From assembly GCA_945876385.1 (NCBI GenBank), contig CAMCNU010000009.1:17898-41897 (forward strand): a DNA stretch of 24,000 nucleotides. Reading direction: 5' to 3'. The first letter of the stretch is position 1; each line of letters opens with the position of its first letter. The translations under genes and the position numbers were made by a program. Origin of the DNA: an uncultured Veillonellaceae bacterium (GTDB taxonomy: Bacteria; Bacillota; Negativicutes; Veillonellales; Negativicoccaceae). Positions 1 through 9,859 of the stretch are shown in pieces. The notes under the pieces are model-generated. The model saw only the letters and a program-made list of their open reading frames with translations. It ran no database searches and had not been told where the DNA came from.

Positions 1-434
1 AAACCGATAATGTCCACAATCTTTTGATTGACGTATTTGTCGCCGAGCGATTGGACTTCCCGACCCTCTGCGTCAATCGCCGCCAATTCCGCCGTCCCCG
101 GTGCCAGCCGCATGCCGTCACCGCGCTTCTTCGGTACCTCGCGCGGGGGCGTGCGGCGGACGCGATACCGCTCGCTGCCAACCGCAAAATCCAGCACCAC
201 TTCCGTATCCAGCTCCACCGGTGCGTAATCGCTGCGCATGTGTTTGGCATCCCGCTCCGCGCCGCTTGTCGCGCCGTACAAGGCATAGCAAATCGCATCG
301 AAAATCGTCGTCTTGCCCGCGCCGGTCGGCCCGTGCACCAAAAAGAACTGCCGCGTCCCCAAGGCGGTAAAATCGATTTCCTGCCGCTCGACATACGGAC
401 CGAATGCCTGCATGACCAATCGTAACGGTCTCAT
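1..434 (-). CDS. sbcC: SbcC/Rad50-family exonuclease ATPase subunit, N-terminal part (continues beyond window start)
   Basis: My reverse-strand translation from the ATG at 434..432 gives MRPLRLVMQAFGPYVERQEIDFTALGTRQFFLVHGPTGAGKTTIFDAICYALYG..., a Walker A typical of SbcC. The start overlaps the sbcD stop as ATGA. It is absent from the ORF track because the frame runs off the window edge. Confidence 0.85.
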   Translation of the reverse strand, partial: MRPLRLVMQAFGPYVERQEIDFTALGTRQFFLVHGPTGAGKTTIFDAICYALYGATSGAERDAKHMRSDYAPVELDTEVVLDFAVGSERYRVRRTPPREVPKKRGDGMRLAPGTAELAAIDAEGREVQSLGDKYVNQKIVDIIG

Positions 435-1564
435 TGCTCGCCCTCCGTCAATACTTCCTGCCAAATCCGTGTCATGACCGCTTTCTCCGCCTCCGTCATC
501 GGCGCGCCGCCGACCTCTTCGACAAATCGGGCAAACAACTCCGTCTTATCTGCTCGCCGTATATCCTGCGGCCGCGGCGACGTCGTCAGCTGTGCCGTTT
601 CCAGCGGTTCGATACCGAGCACCCGCGGGAACTTTTTCCGCAAACGGCCGATACCGTCCACGACCCCCTGCGGCTGATGCAAGCGCACCAGCAAGTAATC
701 CTCACTGACCGGCACCGCATCACTCATCAACTCGGCAAATGTCCCCTCCACAATACGCATATCATACCGCGGACGCAAATGCACCGTTTCGCGGCTGACC
801 GCTCCGTCCGCCGCAAGTGTCACACACTCGATGCCCTTCTCGTCCGTCACTTCACTGAATGAATATTTGAGCAACGAACCGCTGTAGCGCACCGTCGGCG
901 CGCCCACACTCTGCGGCCGATGTAAATGCCCCAACGCCGTATAGCTAAATCCCGCAAATGTCGTCCACGGCACCTGCGACGTACCGCCGACCGACAGCGG
1001 CCGCTCCGATTCCGATTCACTGCCTCCCGCTACAAATCCGTGCGCCACGGCAACCGACCGTGCCCCCGCGGGAATCTGCGCCGCAAACCGACGCACCTGT
1101 TCGGCCAGGAGTGTCGCATAGTCGCACACCTCGGGCGCATCAAAACCGATCCGCACCGTCATAGGGTCGGCAAACGCCAACGGGCAAATATACACCGCCC
1201 CCGCCTCGTCATGCAACACCACCGGCGCGGTATCGGGACGCGCGACACCGTACATATAGACGCCGCCCGCCCGCATCAACCGACTGCCGAAATCGATCCG
1301 CTCCGTACTGTCATGATTGCCGCTGATGGCAATCACCGACACCCGCCGCGCCGCGAGTTGCCCCAGCACCTCGTCGAGCAACCGCACCGCCTCTGCCGGC
1401 GGAATCGCCCGATCATAAATATCACCGGCGATGATGACAGCATCCGGCCGCCACTCATCGACCAACTCAAGAAACTGGCCGAGCACATACTCCTGATCCG
1501 CCGTCATATACTGTTCATAAAAAATCCTGCCTAAATGCCAATCCGCAGTATGGATAAATCGCAT
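431..1564 (-). CDS. sbcD: SbcD/Mre11-family nuclease subunit
   Basis: MRFIHTADWHLGR, IIAGDIYD, SGNHD and GHLH calcineurin-like phosphoesterase motifs. GGAGGA lies 9 nt upstream of the ATG. There is a 4-nt overlap with sbcC. Confidence 0.93.
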   Translation of the reverse strand: MRFIHTADWHLGRIFYEQYMTADQEYVLGQFLELVDEWRPDAVIIAGDIYDRAIPPAEAVRLLDEVLGQLAARRVSVIAISGNHDSTERIDFGSRLMRAGGVYMYGVARPDTAPVVLHDEAGAVYICPLAFADPMTVRIGFDAPEVCDYATLLAEQVRRFAAQIPAGARSVAVAHGFVAGGSESESERPLSVGGTSQVPWTTFAGFSYTALGHLHRPQSVGAPTVRYSGSLLKYSFSEVTDEKGIECVTLAADGAVSRETVHLRPRYDMRIVEGTFAELMSDAVPVSEDYLLVRLHQPQGVVDGIGRLRKKFPRVLGIEPLETAQLTTSPRPQDIRRADKTELFARFVEEVGGAPMTEAEKAVMTRIWQEVLTEGEQ

Positions 1565-1605
1565 GCGTCACTGTCCTCCTCTGTCCGCATGATACGCACA
1601 TCCCG

Positions 1606-2202
1606 TCATGATCGCGCCGCCGCTTGCGCCAACGCCTGCACCAGACGCGCCTGCAGCTCCTCGCCGCGTACTCGGTCCATGCCCTTCTCCCGCACCGACC
1701 GTGCCGGGCTGGCCCATATGATGACCGTCCGGCCCTTCCGTTCCGTCACCGTCAACGCCGCCTGCCAATAAAGAGCCGATACCGGTCGCTCACCGATGAT
1801 ATGCATGCTCAACCGATCCGTCGGCAACGCGGTAATATACATCAATTCCTGTCCCTCCGGTGCCAGCCGCTGTGCCGTCGCCAGCCAGCCCTCCGCCGCC
1901 AGACTGCGTAGCAAGCGCTCCGCCACCTTAGCCGAAGGGCCCGTCACCGTCGTCTCATACACCCCGTAGCCGATTTCCCTCGTCACCGCTTGCGCCGCCG
2001 TCAGTTGCGCCTGCTGCGCCTTCGTCAAGCGGACGGAAGGCAACTCACAGCACTCCTCCCGATCGGGAAATCGCGTGCCGACCTCTCCGAAAACGCCGCC
2101 ACCACGTCCGAACCCGATTCCCACACCGAATGAAATCGCCTCCACCGGCGACGCAGTCCCCAACAACGCCAGCGCCAGCAACAAACTGCCGATTCGTTTC
2201 AT
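1606..2202 (-). CDS. secreted hypothetical protein (signal peptide, Gly-rich N-terminal segment)
   Basis: The N-terminus MKRIGSLLLALALLGTASPVEA looks like a Sec signal with an AxA-type cleavage site and no lipobox Cys. AGGAGG lies 8 nt upstream of the ATG. The stop is 41 nt upstream of sbcD, so co-transcription is likely. Confidence 0.6.
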   Translation of the reverse strand: MKRIGSLLLALALLGTASPVEAISFGVGIGFGRGGGVFGEVGTRFPDREECCELPSVRLTKAQQAQLTAAQAVTREIGYGVYETTVTGPSAKVAERLLRSLAAEGWLATAQRLAPEGQELMYITALPTDRLSMHIIGERPVSALYWQAALTVTERKGRTVIIWASPARSVREKGMDRVRGEELQARLVQALAQAAARS

Positions 2203-2230
2203 CTCTATCGCCTCCTACTCACTTACTTGT

Positions 2231-2239
2231 ATTATACCA
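2231..2239 (-). promoter_or_regulatory. extended -10 element (TGGTATAAT on minus strand) upstream of the secreted protein/sbcDC genes
   Basis: The reverse complement of attatacca is TGGTATAAT, about 30 nt upstream of the ATG at 2202. I found no good -35. Confidence 0.4.
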
Positions 2240-2516
2240 AACATCCCTCCGTATGACCGCGCCTCCCTTACCTGCGCAAACGCCTGTCGCGTCCGACGCC
2301 GGCATTCTCGCCGATATACCTTGATTGTCACGTGCGCCCTCACCATGCGGGCAATATCCGCACCACTACCATCCGTACGCCATCGCCGGCAGTGCTAAAA
2401 AGCAACCCCTCGACCGTCCATGCAAGTCCCGGTGATACCATGCATCGCCGCGCCGCAATGCCTCCCCCAATCTACGATATGCAAGAATCCCGACACGCCA
2501 AAATCACCGACAAGTA

Positions 2517-2545
2517 TTGACAAATCGCCCAATCTTTCGTATACT
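2517..2545 (+). promoter_or_regulatory. sigma-70-type promoter for tRNA-Ala
   Basis: TTGACA (2517-2522), a 17-nt spacer, then TATACT (2540-2545). It ends 12 nt before the tRNA 5' end. Confidence 0.7.
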
Positions 2546-2557
2546 TAGCTATGTTAT

Positions 2558-2633
<76 letters not shown>

Positions 2634-2634
2634 C

Positions 2635-2672
2635 AAAAAACGCCCGCAGGCATTGCCTGTAGGGCGTTTTCG
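2635..2672 (+). terminator. intrinsic terminator after tRNA-Ala
   Basis: ACGCCC-CAGGC loop ATT GCCTG-GGGCGT stem followed by TTTT. Confidence 0.75.
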
Positions 2673-2795
2673 CATTGTGCAACAGAGTGCAGACGCCAGC
2701 ATCCTGTCTGTTTCGTCATTTGCCTGCATATCGCCACCGCTATACGATGTCACAAATATATTTTATCTCGCAATCGAGCGCCGCCACCTCCCTAC

Positions 2796-2840
2796 AATAA
2801 AAAAGATACCAAAACATGCCGCACGGCACATCTTGATATC
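2796..2840 (-). terminator. intrinsic terminator downstream of tRNA-Leu (distal of two)
   Basis: On the minus strand, GATATCAAGATGTGCCG-TG-CGGCATGTTTTGGTATC forms a stem of about 17 bp when G:U pairs are allowed, followed by TTTTTTATT. The plus-strand transcript would carry C:A mismatches, so the element is strand-specific. A weaker hairpin plus T7 lies proximal at about 2870-2897. Confidence 0.65.
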
Positions 2841-2906
2841 TTCTTTACGCGAACGAGATTTTTGCGCACAAAAAAATCCGCCCTCACGGTTACGGATATA
2901 TTTGAC

Positions 2907-2991
2907 TGGTGCCGGAGAAGGGACTTGAACCCCCACGGTGTTACCCGCCTGATTTTGAGTCAGGTGCGTCTGCCAATTCCGCCACTCCGGC
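2907..2991 (-). tRNA. tRNA-Leu (anticodon CAA), long variable arm, CCA encoded
   Basis: The reverse complement is GCCGGAGTGGCGGAATTGGCAGACGCACCTGACTCAAAATCAGGCGGGTAACACCGTGGGGGTTCAAGTCCCTTCTCCGGCACCA. The anticodon loop CTCAAAA gives CAA. It is a class II tRNA of 85 nt. Confidence 0.95.
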
Positions 2992-3010
2992 TTTATCTGT
3001 CAACGATAAA

Positions 3011-3039
3011 ATCATATCATATTTCAGTAGGCGAGTCAA
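3011..3039 (-). promoter_or_regulatory. sigma-70-type promoter for tRNA-Leu
   Basis: On the minus strand: TTGACT (3039-3034), a 17-nt spacer, then TATGAT (3016-3011), about 20 nt upstream of the tRNA 5' end. Confidence 0.65.
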
Positions 3040-3048
3040 CCGATTCGT

Positions 3049-3810
3049 TCAGTTTTCCTGTACTATTTTTTCGACTTCCGGCAGCTTGGCCACGTCGGTT
3101 GTTTCCCACTGCAAAGGCACAACGGTCAAGTATCCTTGATGCAACCAATGTACGTCCGTATCGGGTGCGCCGGTGGTCACATACTCGCCCGCCACATGAT
3201 AATAAATCTGCCCGTCTTCATCCAGCAACGGACTGATGGCGTTGCGGTAGTGTTGTTGGCCGACACGGCATACTTTCAGCCGCTCCCAGCCGATGTCGAC
3301 AATATCGGGAATATTCAGATTAAGCAAGCCGTCATACCGACCCTCTACGAATACGCGTTGAACGAAGTCCCGAACAAAGGGCACCGCCCGTTCCAAAAAA
3401 TCTTCGTCCATGTAGGTACCGGAGACAGCCAATGACGGTATCCCGAGCAGATGCCCTTCGAGTGCGCCCGCCACCGTCCCGGAATAAATGACATCGCTTC
3501 CCGAGTTGTAGCCGTTGTTGATTCCGGATACGACCAAGTCGGGTTTGTCATCCTCCAGCAGGTAGGCCAAGCCGAACTTGGCACAGTCGGCGGTCGTGCC
3601 GGTAAACGAATACGCCGTCAAATTCGCCACGCCGGGAAAGTATTCTTTCAAATACAACCGCTCGCGCAAGGTCAACGACGATGAGCACGAACTGCGTTCC
3701 CGATCGGGTGCCACCACGGTGACACGGCCGACATGCTTGGCCAACTCCCGCGCCAAGCGTTGTAGCCCGATGGCCTGAATGCCGTCATCGTTGGTCATGA
3801 AAATATGCAT
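3049..3810 (-). CDS. surE: 5'/3'-nucleotidase SurE
   Basis: MHIFMTNDDGI and SGINNGYNSGSDVIYSGTVAGALEG match SurE signatures. AGGAG lies 5 nt upstream of the ATG and overlaps the stop of the upstream GT2 gene. Confidence 0.93.
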   Translation of the reverse strand: MHIFMTNDDGIQAIGLQRLARELAKHVGRVTVVAPDRERSSCSSSLTLRERLYLKEYFPGVANLTAYSFTGTTADCAKFGLAYLLEDDKPDLVVSGINNGYNSGSDVIYSGTVAGALEGHLLGIPSLAVSGTYMDEDFLERAVPFVRDFVQRVFVEGRYDGLLNLNIPDIVDIGWERLKVCRVGQQHYRNAISPLLDEDGQIYYHVAGEYVTTGAPDTDVHWLHQGYLTVVPLQWETTDVAKLPEVEKIVQEN

Positions 3811-3812
3811 AG

Positions 3813-5072
3813 TTACTCCTGTTTTTTCTCACCCAAATGCAAGGCCACATCTTTTAGCGAGATACTGCGTGTATGCTGCGTGTGGCTCCATTCTTTTTTG
3901 TGCCGGTCGATAAAGCCGAGGAACGTAATCGGTACCCATGAGTACAAAAACAGCGGATACAGGGGCAGGTAGACCCACACGCCCCACGGCACTTTGATTT
4001 TCCACAGGACTATCACCGGCAGCAGGTACTGGATAATCCCCAGCGCTGTCCAAAATTCAATCGGCAACAGGACACCGTTGTACAAAAACGTCGTGAAGAA
4101 CGGTGTATACAAATTTACATACGAGGCCAGCAGGAACAAGGTCGAGATCAGCATGAAGTACGGCTGCGAGAGTTGCATGATGCCGTCCAGCTGGCGGATG
4201 TTCGCGCGTTGTAATCCGCGCACCAAGAGCCGCGGAATATAGCGCCCCGCACAGTCAAAATGCCCTTGCGCCCAACGCTTGCGTTGGTGCCATGACTGCA
4301 TAAAGGTCAGCGGTTTTTCGTCATAGACGATGGCATCGTGCGCCCACGTCGTGCGGACGTTGCCCTCATACAGTACTTTCATGGAAAATTCCATATCTTC
4401 GGTCAGACAGTTGCAGCCCCAGCCGAACCGCCGGATAATCGCTGTCGAGATGCACATCCCCGTACCGCCCAATGCGGTCGACAGACCCAAGTTGTACTTG
4501 CCCAAATGCCACAGATGGTTGACCACCCAAAACGCCATGGCAAAGGTCGCCGATACCCAGGTGTCGCGCGGATTTTTCGCGCTGAGATAGCCTTGGATGA
4601 CGACTTCGCCCTTGCAGAGCCGACTGTTCATTTCCGTCAGGAAGTCGAGATGAACGAGGTTGTCCGCGTCAAAGACGCAAAACGCATCATATTCGACATC
4701 CAAATCGAGCACCCGCCGAAACATCCAATCCATCGCGTAGCCTTTGCCGACCAACTCCCGATTGAAACGCTCATGGACGATAGCGCCGTGCGCACGCGCC
4801 AGTTCGGCGGTGCTGTCGGTACAGTTGTCCGCGACGACATAAACGTCGTACAGTTCTCGCGGGTAGTTGAGCATGTAGAGATTGTCAATCAATTCTCCCA
4901 ATACTTGCTCTTCATTATGCGCCGCAATAATCAGCGCAAAACGCTTTTCCGGGGTGGTGATTTTGGTTTCCCGCTTGCGCCACAATCCGAACATCGCCAA
5001 TAGAAAATAATAGAACGTAAAGAAAATGACGATGATTTGAATGGGTATCATGATGATATCCATAATATACAT
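3813..5072 (-). CDS. membrane-embedded family-2 glycosyltransferase of the processive (D,D,D,QxxRW) synthase type
   Basis: There is an N-terminal TM helix. IIAAHNEE...VVADNCTDST, VFDADN, LTEDMEF and HQRKRWAQG are the processive beta-glycan synthase motifs. The C-terminus is multi-TM. Confidence 0.85.
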   Translation of the reverse strand: MYIMDIIMIPIQIIVIFFTFYYFLLAMFGLWRKRETKITTPEKRFALIIAAHNEEQVLGELIDNLYMLNYPRELYDVYVVADNCTDSTAELARAHGAIVHERFNRELVGKGYAMDWMFRRVLDLDVEYDAFCVFDADNLVHLDFLTEMNSRLCKGEVVIQGYLSAKNPRDTWVSATFAMAFWVVNHLWHLGKYNLGLSTALGGTGMCISTAIIRRFGWGCNCLTEDMEFSMKVLYEGNVRTTWAHDAIVYDEKPLTFMQSWHQRKRWAQGHFDCAGRYIPRLLVRGLQRANIRQLDGIMQLSQPYFMLISTLFLLASYVNLYTPFFTTFLYNGVLLPIEFWTALGIIQYLLPVIVLWKIKVPWGVWVYLPLYPLFLYSWVPITFLGFIDRHKKEWSHTQHTRSISLKDVALHLGEKKQE

Positions 5073-5145
5073 AGCATCTACTCCTATGCCTTACGGCAAT
5101 GCACCCGTCCGGCGCGGCGCACACATCGGTGCACGCCGCTACCGC

Positions 5146-5817
5146 TCAATGCGCCAAACGGTTCCAGCAGGTATTCAACAGACCGAAAATAAAGTACATC
5201 AAAAACGGCACAAAAGGCCACAGCGCCACATTCCACCACAGCAGGCAAAAGCCGACGGCGACCGTCGCCGCAATCGCTTTTTTCTGCAACGGATCGGGAC
5301 TTTTTTCTTTGAAATTCGGGTAATGGACGGCAGAGACCATCATCCACGCAATCCACATCGCCATCGGGGCGACAATCCATTCCGACAGGCGCACGCCGCT
5401 CAAGACATAGGTCGCGGCCAGGCATCCGGCCGTCGGTATCGGCAAACCCATAAAAAAGCCGTGAATCGTATCGGTACTCAAGTTGAATCGTGCCAGCCGC
5501 ATCGCGCCGCAGACCGCATACATCACCGCGGCGGCAATTCCCAACGCACTGACCGCATGCAGCTGCCAACTGTACAGCAAGATCCCCGGCGCCACCCCGA
5601 ACGATACCACGTCGCAGAGCGAATCGAGCTCGCGCCCGAAATCATTGGCCACGCCGAAATGCCGCGCGACACGTCCGTCCATCGCGTCAAACACCAACGC
5701 CGCCAAGATGGCCGCGGCCGCGCCGGTATATTCTCCGTGCATCGTACACACGAGCGACAGCGTCCCGCAAATAATATTGCCCGCCGTGCAGGCATTGGCC
5801 AAGTAGCGTTTACTCAT
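5146..5817 (-). CDS. pssA: CDP-diacylglycerol--serine O-phosphatidyltransferase (CDP-alcohol phosphatidyltransferase family)
   Basis: DAMDGRVARHFGVANDFGRELDSLCDVVSFG matches DGx2ARx8Gx3Dx3D. I place the start at the internal ATG 5817 (MSKRYLANA...), which has GGAGG 8 nt upstream. The track ORF extends to 5874. Confidence 0.9.
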   Translation of the reverse strand: MSKRYLANACTAGNIICGTLSLVCTMHGEYTGAAAAILAALVFDAMDGRVARHFGVANDFGRELDSLCDVVSFGVAPGILLYSWQLHAVSALGIAAAVMYAVCGAMRLARFNLSTDTIHGFFMGLPIPTAGCLAATYVLSGVRLSEWIVAPMAMWIAWMMVSAVHYPNFKEKSPDPLQKKAIAATVAVGFCLLWWNVALWPFVPFLMYFIFGLLNTCWNRLAH

Positions 5818-6448
5818 TCCGTATCCTCCCGATGACGGTCTCGCCCCCGACGACCTTGTCGCCCTTGCGGACACAGACCTCGACCGATTGCGGCAAAAAG
5901 ACCTCCGTGCAGGAGCCGAATTTAATCATACCGTACAACTCCCCTTTCTCGAGATGGTCGCCCAATTTTTTCCACGACACAATCCGTCGTGCCAAAATCC
6001 CCGCAATCTGCGTAACGACAACCGTCAGACGCTCATTGACCAGGGCAATGGTATGCCGTTCATTTTCAAAACCGACCGTCTTTTGGTATGCCGGACGAAA
6101 TCCGCCGACCGTATATTGTCTGAATTTGATTTCGCCGGCAATCGGGGTACGATTGACATGTACATCGAATACCGACAGGAAAATCGTCACCTTGCGGCAC
6201 GGTTCTCCCATAAACAGTTCTTCCGTCGCTATCTCGACCGCCATGACACGGCCGTCCGCCGGCGACACGATGACGTCGGGATCGGTCGGCACGACACGCG
6301 CGGGCGAACGAAAGAAAAAGATAAAAAACAACGTCAGCACGGCGGGCGGTATCGCCCAGTACCGGCCGATTCCCGCACCGACGAGCAAGGTAACGACCAA
6401 CGCCGCGCCGATAAACGGAAACCCTTCCTTGACGATTCGAATCCCCAC
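5810..6448 (-). CDS. psd: phosphatidylserine decarboxylase proenzyme (short form)
   Basis: LSVFDVHVNRTP and a GMIKFGSCTEV self-cleavage (G-S) region. GTG start at 6448 with GGAGG 7 nt upstream. It overlaps pssA by 8 nt. Confidence 0.9.
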   Translation of the reverse strand: MGIRIVKEGFPFIGAALVVTLLVGAGIGRYWAIPPAVLTLFFIFFFRSPARVVPTDPDVIVSPADGRVMAVEIATEELFMGEPCRKVTIFLSVFDVHVNRTPIAGEIKFRQYTVGGFRPAYQKTVGFENERHTIALVNERLTVVVTQIAGILARRIVSWKKLGDHLEKGELYGMIKFGSCTEVFLPQSVEVCVRKGDKVVGGETVIGRIRNE

Positions 6449-6451
6449 CGC

Positions 6452-7218
6452 TCAACCTCCCCTGCGGTTATTACGCCGTTTCGCCTCGCGGCGAACGGCA
6501 TAGATAAATTGCGGCAAGACGGCCATACGTTTCCAGCGGCTCGGCTGTTTGTACACCCGATAGAGCCACTCCAAGCGATGTCGCTGCATCCACAACGGCG
6601 CCCGCCGCAAATGACCGGCCAGCACGTCAAACGAACCGCCGACACAAACGGCGGTCACGCCCGGCAACGATGCCCGTCGGGCACACGCCCAGCATTCCTG
6701 TTTGGGTGCGCCCAGCCCCACGAACAGATAGCGCGCGCCGCTCTCGCGAATCGTCGCCACAATGGATTCCGTCTCGTCGTCCTGAAAATACCCGTCACGC
6801 ACACCCGCGACAACCAATCCCGGCACGCTTTGCCGCAATTTCTCGGCCGCGGTTTGTGCCACACCGGGCTTGCCGCCGAGAAAATATACACGTTCCTGCC
6901 GCGCCGCCGCCCGCGCAATGAGCGCCGTCATAAAATCAATCCCCGCCACCCGTTCGGGAAACGGTGTGCCGAGCACCTGCCCCGCCCAGACGACGCCCGC
7001 GCCGTCCGGCAACACCAAATCCGCCTGCCGCAACGCCTCTGCCAACTGCATATCGACCTGCGCCCGCATGACGATTTCCGCATTGACCGTCGCGATATAG
7101 CGACCCTCTTTTGCGTCATGCCATGCGGTCACTCGTGACAACGCGTCCGCCTCCGAGAGCGGATGAATCCCCACTCCCAGTACGGACACGCGCTGTTCTT
7201 GTACTTGTTGTACTTGCA

Positions 7219-7219
<1 letters not shown>
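6452..7219 (-). CDS. tagA: WecB/TagA/CpsF-family glycosyltransferase (N-acetylmannosaminyltransferase-like)
   Basis: VNAEIVMRA...DLVLPDGAGVVWA...YFLGGKPGVA...FVGLGAPKQECW is typical of the TagA/WecG family. The ATG overlaps the guaB stop (TGATG). Confidence 0.85.
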
Positions 7220-8709
<1,490 letters not shown>

Positions 8710-8773
8710 TCATCGTTCGCCGTAGTGGCGCCGTCATTGACCGGCGGCGGCGCACAAGCAGTCTATTTTATTT

Positions 8774-8801
8774 ATTATATCATATCCGCCCCCGCTGCCA
8801 A
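8774..8801 (-). promoter_or_regulatory. sigma-70-type promoter for guaB operon
   Basis: On the minus strand: TTGGCA (8801-8796), a 16-nt spacer, then TATAAT (8779-8774). The leader to the guaB ATG is about 90 nt. Confidence 0.6.
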
Positions 8802-8836
8802 GAACGAAACCGTCCCGCGACCTGTCGCACGGACGG
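8800..8836 (-). terminator. intrinsic terminator after the flavodoxin pair
   Basis: On the minus strand: a CCGTCC-GCGA loop TCGC-GGACGG GC-rich hairpin (8810-8836) followed by TTTCGTTCTT. It begins 3 nt after the flavodoxin stop. Confidence 0.7.
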
Positions 8837-8838
8837 AT

Positions 8839-9276
8839 TCAGGTTTCGGGGTATACGGTCCCCATGACGACGCCGAGCTCACGGCACTCTGCCAGCACCT
8901 CCGCATCGGGATAGCCGACACCGCGTACCGGTGCATGCAAAAACGTCGCCCCGGCGGCGGCCAACTCCTTGGCCCACTTGAGCAGCCATTCGCCGCGCGA
9001 CCAGCCGCACGACCCGAACAGCCCGACCTCTTTGCCGTCGAGCGATGGCACCAACGCGTCGGTGAACGGGCGCACCTCAAACTCTTCCACTTCTTCGAGC
9101 CCCATCGCGGGCGCGCCGAGTATAATCCGATCATAGGTGGCGATATCGTCCGCCTTGACCTCGCTCATCTCCGCCAGCAGCACCTCGGCGCCGGCATCAC
9201 GCACCCCCAGCGCGACCTCCTCCGCCATCGCCTCCGTGTTGCCCGTCGCCGACCAATACACCACCGCTACTCTCAT
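8839..9276 (-). CDS. short-chain flavodoxin (paralog B)
   Basis: MRVAVVYWSATGNTEAMAEE is an FMN-phosphate loop (T/S-x-T-G-N-T). I place the start at ATG 9276, which has GGAGG 5 nt upstream. The track ORF starts at 9312. Confidence 0.88.
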   Translation of the reverse strand: MRVAVVYWSATGNTEAMAEEVALGVRDAGAEVLLAEMSEVKADDIATYDRIILGAPAMGLEEVEEFEVRPFTDALVPSLDGKEVGLFGSCGWSRGEWLLKWAKELAAAGATFLHAPVRGVGYPDAEVLAECRELGVVMGTVYPET

Positions 9277-9296
9277 GTCGTCCTCCCTGTCCTCTA

Positions 9297-9328
9297 TACA
9301 AGAAAACGCCACGACATTCGTGGCGTTT
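9297..9328 (-). terminator. intrinsic terminator/attenuator between the two flavodoxin genes
   Basis: AAACGCCACGA-ATG-TCGTGGCGTTT is a perfect 11-bp stem, followed on the minus strand by TTTTCTTG. It starts 6 nt after the stop of the upstream flavodoxin. Confidence 0.7.
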
Positions 9329-9333
9329 CATCA

Positions 9334-9762
9334 TTACGCTTCCGCCAAGGCTTTGCCCAATGCGCGGCACGCTTCCAATTCCGGATCGCCCGGATAGGCA
9401 AATGCTTTGACCGGGTCGGCAACCAAGTCCGCTCCCGCGTCCGTCACCCGTTTCGACCAGAGTTCAATCCATTCTCCGTCATTCCAAGCATACGAGCCGA
9501 AGATGACGACTTTTTTGCCGGATAATTTCCCTTCCAACTCTGCAAAAAACGGTTCGAAGTCATATTCTTCGAGTTGTTCGGCACCCATTGCCGGACAGCC
9601 GAGTGCGATGTACTCATATTCCGCGATATCGTCGGCCGTTACGTCCGTCACAAACGACAGTTCCGTTTCCGCGCCCGCGTCGCGTGCGCCTTCGTCGACG
9701 GCCTGTGCCATCGCTTCGGTATTACCCGAGCCCGTCCAGTATACAATTGCCAATTTTGCCAT
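9334..9762 (-). CDS. short-chain flavodoxin (paralog A)
   Basis: MAKLAIVYWTGSGNTEAMAQAV. The 142-aa length is typical of clostridial-type flavodoxins. An AAAGGGGAA ribosome-binding site lies upstream. Confidence 0.9.
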   Translation of the reverse strand: MAKLAIVYWTGSGNTEAMAQAVDEGARDAGAETELSFVTDVTADDIAEYEYIALGCPAMGAEQLEEYDFEPFFAELEGKLSGKKVVIFGSYAWNDGEWIELWSKRVTDAGADLVADPVKAFAYPGDPELEACRALGKALAEA

Positions 9763-9805
9763 GTGATTGTTCCCCTTTCAAGTACTGAGATGGTATCTTG
9801 CCTCT

Positions 9806-9834
9806 ATCATAACCAAGGGTCAGGCCCTTGTCAA
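9806..9834 (-). promoter_or_regulatory. sigma-70-type promoter for flavodoxin genes
   Basis: On the minus strand: TTGACA (9834-9829), a 17-nt spacer, then TATGAT (9811-9806). A second TTGACA lies 20 nt further upstream. Confidence 0.65.
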
Positions 9835-9859
9835 TTACGATTTTTGCGTTTGTCAAATG

